A stretch of 45,155 nt of DNA from assembly GCA_016222925.1 (NCBI GenBank), contig JACRQB010000087.1, positions 1 through 45,155 on the forward strand. The letters run 5' to 3'. This document shows, in pieces, positions 39,624 to 45,155 of the stretch. The position numbers and the translations under genes are program-made. Source of the DNA: Nitrospirota bacterium. Its GTDB lineage: Bacteria > Nitrospirota > Nitrospiria > Nitrospirales > Nitrospiraceae. A model generated the notes under the pieces. That model did no database searches and was not told where the DNA came from. It saw only the letters and a list, made by a program, of their open reading frames with translations. Numbering within the stretch: position 1 is the first letter of the stretch; the number at the start of each line of letters is the position of its first letter.

Positions 39624-39821
39624 TTAGGAATTCACGGCAGTTCTGGTTCGGTCGCGGATCCATTGTTCTAGATCCGAACGGACAAATCGCCATTCCTTTC
39701 CCAGCTTGAAGGCGGGAATCTGTCGACTCTGAAGATAGCGATAGAGGGTACGTTGAGTAATCTTGAGATATTGGCATGTTTCCATCGTGGTCATCAGTTC
39801 GCTCTTCGGGGCCCTGCTCAT
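39624..39821 (-). CDS. Excisionase-like HTH (HTH_17) DNA-binding protein
   Basis: LMT..E...YLKI..RTLYR.....IPAFKLG.EWRF....L..W. ATG at 39821 after AGGTGGAG. Confidence 0.88.
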   Translation of the reverse strand: MSRAPKSELMTTMETCQYLKITQRTLYRYLQSRQIPAFKLGKEWRFVRSDLEQWIRDRTRTAVNS

Positions 39822-39876
39822 CACTCCACCTGTGGCCAGATCGAAAAATCCGCATTGTGCCTCCAGCACTCTTGTT

Positions 39877-39904
39877 ATTCTAGAGGCGACCATGAGAATG
39901 TCAA
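39877..39904 (-). promoter_or_regulatory. sigma70 promoter for HTH-mraZ-rusA
   Basis: Minus strand TTGACA-16 nt-TAGAAT. Confidence 0.65.
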
Positions 39905-39926
39905 GCGAAATATATGACAGTGCATG

Positions 39927-40268
39927 TCAAAGGCCGTCACCGCCTTCTGGCATTCCCGCACCGTCATTGGATTGGTCCATCATCGCTTCGATATCGTCGA
40001 CGTCCTCGCCCATTTCCTGTCCCATTTTCTTCATCAAACGGGCGACGCTCCGAGGATCATTTTCATCAATCCCTCCGAGGTTCGCTGGATCTGACAGTGA
40101 TTCGAGTCGAGCTTCCTCGGACTTGGGAGCGGCAAATCGAGATAGGAGACGCTCCATCCGCAAGCCGCCGCAATGCCGACAGGTGGCCACGCTGGGATTG
40201 TGTGGACTTAATACCAAGACTGAGGATTTCCCGTGACAATCCTGACAAGCGTACTCATAAATCGGCAT
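39927..40268 (-). CDS. FmdB-family zinc-ribbon protein
   Basis: MPIYEYACQDC...C.HCG....RLLS. Confidence 0.9.
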   Translation of the reverse strand: MPIYEYACQDCHGKSSVLVLSPHNPSVATCRHCGGLRMERLLSRFAAPKSEEARLESLSDPANLGGIDENDPRSVARLMKKMGQEMGEDVDDIEAMMDQSNDGAGMPEGGDGL

Positions 40269-40271
40269 TGA

Positions 40272-41087
40272 TCAACCTCCCAGCAGCTCCAGCGACGGTG
40301 GGCGCTGAGCCATGATGCGGTCGGGAATCATAGTGGGATCCATTGTGCGCCCTAACGTTATCACAAACACGTCGCCAGACCCGGCCTTGCGGAGGGTCTT
40401 GGCGCACTCATTCACCGTCGTACCAGTCGTGAAGACGTCGTCGATCAGAAGAATGCGTTTCTTCACAATGGCATCGGGGTGTCGGAGGGCAAATGCTCGG
40501 CGAAGGTTTTTTAGACGGTTCTTGCGAGATAGTGTGGTCTGGGCTGGAGTAGGAATGGCTCGGATCAAATTCGTGTACGCGACGGGAATATCGAGGGTCC
40601 GTCCGATGTCATCGGCAAGAAGGAGGGACTGATTAAATTCTCGTTGACGGAGTCTCTCAATGTGCAGAGGGACTGGCATGATCACATCAATGGAATCGAG
40701 TGGAGGGAGTCGGGCAATCATGAGGGCGGCCAGTGGAGCCGCCAGGGAAACTTTGCCCTGATACTTGAAAAGGCGGATCGCATGCTGGAGTGGAGGCGTA
40801 TACGGGTACAGAGTCCAGGCCTTCGTATACGAAGGCGGACGTTCGGCACAGGGTTGGCAAACATGGGTTGGGCTGTAGGTTGTGGCAATGGAAGAAGGGA
40901 AGGGGTGGTCACAACGGGTGCATCGAGCGTCAGGCATGAGGGAAATCGTACTCCAGCAGTCCGAGCAAAAAAGGGGGATCGGATCATCTGCTAGCAGCGA
41001 GTTACAGCTCGAACAATGAACAGGAAGAAAGAACCTGAGCGTGCGGCGCAGGAGACCTAAGGCCGATTCTGTGACAGGATTGGCCAT
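40272..41087 (-). CDS. comF: ComF family protein (double zinc ribbon plus PRTase domain)
   Basis: CxxC repeats, PVPLH..R...R.FNQS, LLIDDVFTTGTT. Confidence 0.92.
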   Translation of the reverse strand: MANPVTESALGLLRRTLRFFLPVHCSSCNSLLADDPIPLFCSDCWSTISLMPDARCTRCDHPFPSSIATTYSPTHVCQPCAERPPSYTKAWTLYPYTPPLQHAIRLFKYQGKVSLAAPLAALMIARLPPLDSIDVIMPVPLHIERLRQREFNQSLLLADDIGRTLDIPVAYTNLIRAIPTPAQTTLSRKNRLKNLRRAFALRHPDAIVKKRILLIDDVFTTGTTVNECAKTLRKAGSGDVFVITLGRTMDPTMIPDRIMAQRPPSLELLGG

Positions 41088-41234
41088 GGACAGCCTTTCA
41101 TCTGTGTGTGTCCCACCTCTCTTTATGGCGACGAGCCTACCGGTGTCAAGGTTGTCGGCTTCCGATTTATTGTGCTATACGAATGAGAATGGCCGTACAC
41201 CGGTCGACCAGTCATTGGAGAGCGCAGGCCGCTG

Positions 41235-41933
41235 ATGGTGACATTGAGACAACTCTCCAAAACCCATTCGCGTGGAGAAGCCATGGTCACAGCTTTGCGC
41301 GATGTCAATTTAGAGATTCAACCTGGAGAATTCTGTGCGTTCGTGGGCCCCAGTGGCTGCGGGAAAAGTACTTTGCTGAACCTCGTGGCGGGTTTGGACC
41401 TGCCGACTTCTGGAGAGATCGTGCTCGATGGGCGATCCACCCACAACCTGACCAGCTACGAATGGACGAAGATCAGGCGTGAAACGATCGGGATTGTTTT
41501 TCAAGCCTTCCACTTGGTGCATGGTTTGACGGCTGAAGAGAACATTGCACTGCCTCTGATGTTGCGCGGGGAGAACGGGCGGGAGATAACAAAACGGGTC
41601 GGGGATATGTTGGAGAGCGTGGGCATGAGTCACCGGCGCCGACATCGACCAGCCGAATTGTCCGGTGGAGAGCAACAACGAATTGCGATCGCGCGGGCGT
41701 TGGCACATGGGCCTCGTCTTCTCTTGGCCGACGAGCCGACGGGTAATATCGACTCTCAGCAAGGAGCAGGGATTATGGCGCTTATTCGTAAGCTTGCGAT
41801 GGTTGAAGGGCAAACGGTCCTGCTGGTGACTCACAGCCTACAGGCCGCGCAAGCCGCCGACTATGTGTGGACTATGCGCGATGGACAGCTGATTGCGCGC
41901 ACCGAACGTATGACCGAACTGGCAACTTCGTGA
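41235..41933 (+). CDS. ABC ATP-binding protein (LolD/MacB type)
   Basis: [32 protein letters not shown]. Confidence 0.92.
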   Translation: MVTLRQLSKTHSRGEAMVTALRDVNLEIQPGEFCAFVGPSGCGKSTLLNLVAGLDLPTSGEIVLDGRSTHNLTSYEWTKIRRETIGIVFQAFHLVHGLTAEENIALPLMLRGENGREITKRVGDMLESVGMSHRRRHRPAELSGGEQQRIAIARALAHGPRLLLADEPTGNIDSQQGAGIMALIRKLAMVEGQTVLLVTHSLQAAQAADYVWTMRDGQLIARTERMTELATS

Positions 41934-42859
41934 TTGATCTTTCCACAACGATCGCCGGCGTCACCTTTCCCAGTTGTTTCATGAATGCGTCGGGAGCGCT
42001 CTGCGTCACACGGGATGAACTCGAGGCTCTAGGAAAATCCGGTGCGGGGGCGATCGTCACGAAGTCGATGACCATTGAATCGCGCCAAGGCAACCCCACG
42101 CCACGGTATCATGGATTTCCCGGAGGATCGATCAACTCGATGGGTCTTCCCAACCTCGGCTATCGAGCCTATGCCGAGTTGATCCCTCACCTCAAGCGGT
42201 TTGGAAAGCCCGTGATCGCCAGCGTGGCCGGACTCGGGGAGGAAGATTTTCCGACCATCGCAGAAGCGATCAACGCCGCCAAGCCGGACCTCATTGAGGT
42301 CAATCTCTCTTGCCCGAATATTCCAGGGAAGCCTCAAATAGGGTACGATCCGGAAACGTCTGAGCGCGTGCTCAAAAAGGTTCGGCGTCTCATCACGGTT
42401 CCGATGGGCGTGAAGTTGCCACCGTATTTCGACCCGGCCCACCATGAGGCCATGGGGAAGGTCCTTGGGCGTTGCGGAGTCGACTTTCTCAATATGATCA
42501 ATTCGGTGGGCAACGGCCTGGTTGTGGATCCGGAACGCGAAGCCGTCGTCATTAAACCGAAAGGCGGGTTTGGCGGGTTGGGCGGGCGACTGATCAAGCC
42601 CGTGGCCTTGGCGAACGTTCGCGCCTTCTATAAGTTGTTTGATGGGAAGATGCCGATCATCGGAACCGGAGGAATCGTTGAGGGGATGGATGTGTTCGAA
42701 CATTTCCTGTGCGGTGCGTCGGCGGTTCAAATCGGGACGGTGTTGGTGGAGGAAGGGTTGGATGTGTTCGGACGACTGGAAGCGGAGTTGACCGCAGTCT
42801 TGAGAAGAAAAGGATACCAGTCGATTGTGGAATGTCAGGGACGGCTCAAGGAATTATGA
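41930..42859 (+). CDS. pyrD: Dihydroorotate dehydrogenase, class 1A-like
   Basis: MNASG.LC, NSMGLPN, NLSCPN.PGKPQ, KLPPYFD, INSVGNG, PKGGFGGLGG, IGTGG. GTG start overlaps the previous stop. Confidence 0.92.
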   Translation: MIDLSTTIAGVTFPSCFMNASGALCVTRDELEALGKSGAGAIVTKSMTIESRQGNPTPRYHGFPGGSINSMGLPNLGYRAYAELIPHLKRFGKPVIASVAGLGEEDFPTIAEAINAAKPDLIEVNLSCPNIPGKPQIGYDPETSERVLKKVRRLITVPMGVKLPPYFDPAHHEAMGKVLGRCGVDFLNMINSVGNGLVVDPEREAVVIKPKGGFGGLGGRLIKPVALANVRAFYKLFDGKMPIIGTGGIVEGMDVFEHFLCGASAVQIGTVLVEEGLDVFGRLEAELTAVLRRKGYQSIVECQGRLKEL

Positions 42860-42861
42860 GC

Positions 42862-43140
42862 CTATTTCATGCCGAAGTTGCGAGGGAGTAAGTTTTGTTG
42901 CAGCGCCTGACGCAGGAGCTGGGCGACGTTCCGAACATTGAGTCGGCGCATCAAGTTGAAACGATGGACTTCGACCGTCCGGACGCTGATGTCCAGTGTC
43001 GCGCCGATCTCACGATTGGTATGGCCCAGCGCGACCAATCGAAGAATCTCGCGTTGACGGGGCGTAATATGCAGAGAAGGTTTGGAACGGCGTCCCACCC
43101 GATGGAGCGGGAGTGCGGTGGTGTGTTTGCTTCTGGGCAT
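42862..43140 (-). CDS. Stand-alone LuxR/GerE-type HTH regulator
   Basis: TPRQREIL.LVA.G.TNREI...L.IS.RTVE.HR.NLM.RL. No receiver domain. Confidence 0.9.
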   Translation of the reverse strand: MPRSKHTTALPLHRVGRRSKPSLHITPRQREILRLVALGHTNREIGATLDISVRTVEVHRFNLMRRLNVRNVAQLLRQALQQNLLPRNFGMK

Positions 43141-43283
43141 CTGTCCTCCTCTGGAAAAGTCTGAGGTCAGTCTAGCAAACGACCGGATACGTGTAAACGA
43201 AATGACTGATTTGTGCCGAGCGCGCGGATGTGTATATTGGAACCGATGAGACGTTTCCCAGCGGAAAGCTTATCTCACGCTCA

Positions 43284-45155
43284 ATGCCTGCCTTTGTAAG
43301 GACCTTACTCCTTCTTCTTACCGCTCATGTCCGGCAATGGCCGTTACGCACGCTGCTGACGATCGTCGGAGTGGCGCTCGGTGTGTCGGCCTCCGTCGCC
43401 GTGCGGACTGCCAACGTCGACGTACTGCGGTCCTTTGAACAGGCGGTCTTGACGGTGGCTGGTCCCACGACCTTGGAGGTGTCAGGAGGGGAGACCGGGC
43501 TTGATGAACAGATCATTATACAGGTCAGAACCATCGCCGGCGTGACGTCTGCATCGCCGGTGATTCTACAAACGGCTGTTCGCATGAGGGGAGAGCGCGT
43601 CGACCAAGCGGTGCAAGTGGTGGGGCTGGATCTTCTGGCCGAATTCAATACACGCGGGTTCCGCATGAGCCAGCCGTCAACGGAAAGTCAGTTGATGGGG
43701 ATGATTGAGCCACAGGCGGTGTTCTTGGGAGCCCAATTGGCCACGGAGTGGAACCTGTCGGTCGATGACCAGCTCGATCTTCTCCTTGGATCTAGGCGTC
43801 TCACTTGTCGGGTTGCAGGGATTCTTCAAAATGGGTTGGACCGACCTTCGTCATGGGAACGCATGGCCGTGATGGATATCGCTGCGGCACAAATTACGTT
43901 CGGGATGGTTGGGAAGTTGGATCGAATCGATATCGTGACCGACAAACACAAGACCGTCGACGAGGTCGCACAGAACCTACGGACTGTTCTACCGCCCTAT
44001 TTGACGGTGGAACGGCCGGCCAACAGGACGAGGCAAGTTGAGCAAATGGTGCGCGCCTTCCGTCTCAATCTGACGGTGTTGAGCTGGGTTGGCCTGTTAG
44101 TCGGAATGTTTCTGATCTACAACACGATGGCATTCGCCGTTGCCCAGAGGAGACGAGAAATCGGAATCTATCGAGCCATCGGGATGACTCAGTCTCGGGT
44201 GGCAGTATTGTTTTTGATGGAAGCCGGGTTCTTTGGATTATTGGGAGGAATTGCCGGAAGTATAACCGGAATGGTGCTCGCGCAAGAGCTGGTGGCCCTG
44301 CTCAGTCGGACGATTTCGGATCTCTATGCTCCGGTCGGAGCCGGCGAAGGAGGGCTATTCCAGAGCGGCCAATTCTGGAGCATGATGCTCGAAGGCATTG
44401 TGATCGGGTGCGTCATGTCCATGATCGGGGCCGTCGGTCCAAGCCTGGATGCCAGCCGCACCGCGACCGTACGAGCGCTGGCTCCTGGTGACTATGAAGC
44501 GAGCCAGCAGCTACGAGTGGGGATGCTCGCCATCATGGGACTGAGTTTGCTCGCCGTTGCGGGGCTCTTGAGTCTGCCAGGCCCCATCAATGGGGTTCCT
44601 GTCATGGGGTACGCGGCAACGCTCTGTCTGTTGGCCGGTCTGGCCTGTCTGGCCCCGATCTGTGTCACTGGATGGCGGCGTCCGCGACACTATGTGGGAC
44701 GTGCAGGGGGAGCAGGGGGAGTCATGAGGGGGATTGCCGTGGAGCATGCCTCGCGCAGTCCAGGCCGAAACGGAGTGACTGTCTCTGCCTTGATGGTGGG
44801 ATTAGCAATTATGATCGGCGTGCTGGTCATGGTGCGAAGTTTTCGGCATACGGTCGAACTATGGGTCACCGATACGGTCTTGGCCGATCTGGTCGTGGCG
44901 CCCTCACTGTGGCTGCGGGGTACGGAGATCGGAGGTGCCGGACGGAGTCTTCCGCCAACATGGTTGACCGTCTTGTCTTCCATCCCTGAAGTAGCAGCAG
45001 TGGATAGTTATCGCGATGTCCGGGTGGAGGTGAACGGCCAACGGGTGGCTATCGTCTCACGAGATCTGCGGTTGCATGCCCAATGGAGCCGGTATCTTGT
45101 CCGCCAGGGCGATTCTTCAGAACAGCTCATACGGGCAGCCGATACCCGTGGTCTC
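43284..45155 (+). CDS. Large FtsX/MacB-type ABC permease (partial, runs off the window; not in the ORF track)
   Basis: MPAFVRTLLLLL...RTLLTIVGVALGV, LLVGMFLIYNTMAFAVAQRRREIGIYRAIG, second repeat PGRNGVTVSALMVGLAI. Spot checks stay in frame to the window end. Confidence 0.9.
   Translation, partial: MPAFVRTLLLLLTAHVRQWPLRTLLTIVGVALGVSASVAVRTANVDVLRSFEQAVLTVAGPTTLEVSGGETGLDEQIIIQVRTIAGVTSASPVILQTAVRMRGERVDQAVQVVGLDLLAEFNTRGFRMSQPSTESQLMGMIEPQAVFLGAQLATEWNLSVDDQLDLLLGSRRLTCRVAGILQNGLDRPSSWERMAVMDIAAAQITFGMVGKLDRIDIVTDKHKTVDEVAQNLRTVLPPYLTVERPANRTRQVEQMVRAFRLNLTVLSWVGLLVGMFLIYNTMAFAVAQRRREIGIYRAIGMTQSRVAVLFLMEAGFFGLLGGIAGSITGMVLAQELVALLSRTISDLYAPVGAGEGGLFQSGQFWSMMLEGIVIGCVMSMIGAVGPSLDASRTATVRALAPGDYEASQQLRVGMLAIMGLSLLAVAGLLSLPGPINGVPVMGYAATLCLLAGLACLAPICVTGWRRPRHYVGRAGGAGGVMRGIAVEHASRSPGRNGVTVSALMVGLAIMIGVLVMVRSFRHTVELWVTDTVLADLVVAPSLWLRGTEIGGAGRSLPPTWLTVLSSIPEVAAVDSYRDVRVEVNGQRVAIVSRDLRLHAQWSRYLVRQGDSSEQLIRAADTRGL

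Noticed and set aside
38562-39821. Prophage or ICE call based on RusA and the excisionase-like HTH
   Set aside because: No integrase, structural genes, tRNA/att repeats or evident composition shift

Overview
A 45 kb chromosomal segment, mostly housekeeping genes. Gene content and order suggest a Nitrospira-like bacterium (inference, not verified). The left end holds a decayed GGDEF/EAL gene, a PilZ gene and an IS3-family remnant. Next come sthA-HDOD, a cupin, a cryptic N-terminally truncated cytochrome c, tkt, a sigma54/IHF-controlled Fn3 lipoprotein and Rrf2-TauE. The core run is radA-lipoprotein-tsaB-rimI-DUF465-tatC-beta-propeller-cyclophilin, a Dpm1-like glycosyltransferase, an FAD oxidoreductase, nadK, clpC, tsaD-hflX-nth-yicC-gmk-rpoZ-coaBC-TPR and aroQ-efp-accB-accC. 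The right end carries a MacAB-type exporter, an HD-GYP gene, a comF-fmdB-HTH-mraZ-rusA cluster, and an ABC ATPase/class-1A pyrD/LuxR/ABC permease group. Most notable: (i) an orphan MraZ paralogue in an operon with an excisionase-like HTH and RusA, with its own promoter and TGACA repeats; (ii) a probable ATT start codon for hflX; (iii) five clean internal deletions in normally important genes (tkt, tsaB, nadK, clpC, gmk), which are either assembly artefacts or real decay; (iv) an unannotated cytochrome c remnant; (v) matching sigma28-like promoters before the HDOD-sthA and HD-GYP genes. No rRNA, tRNA or CRISPR array was recognised.
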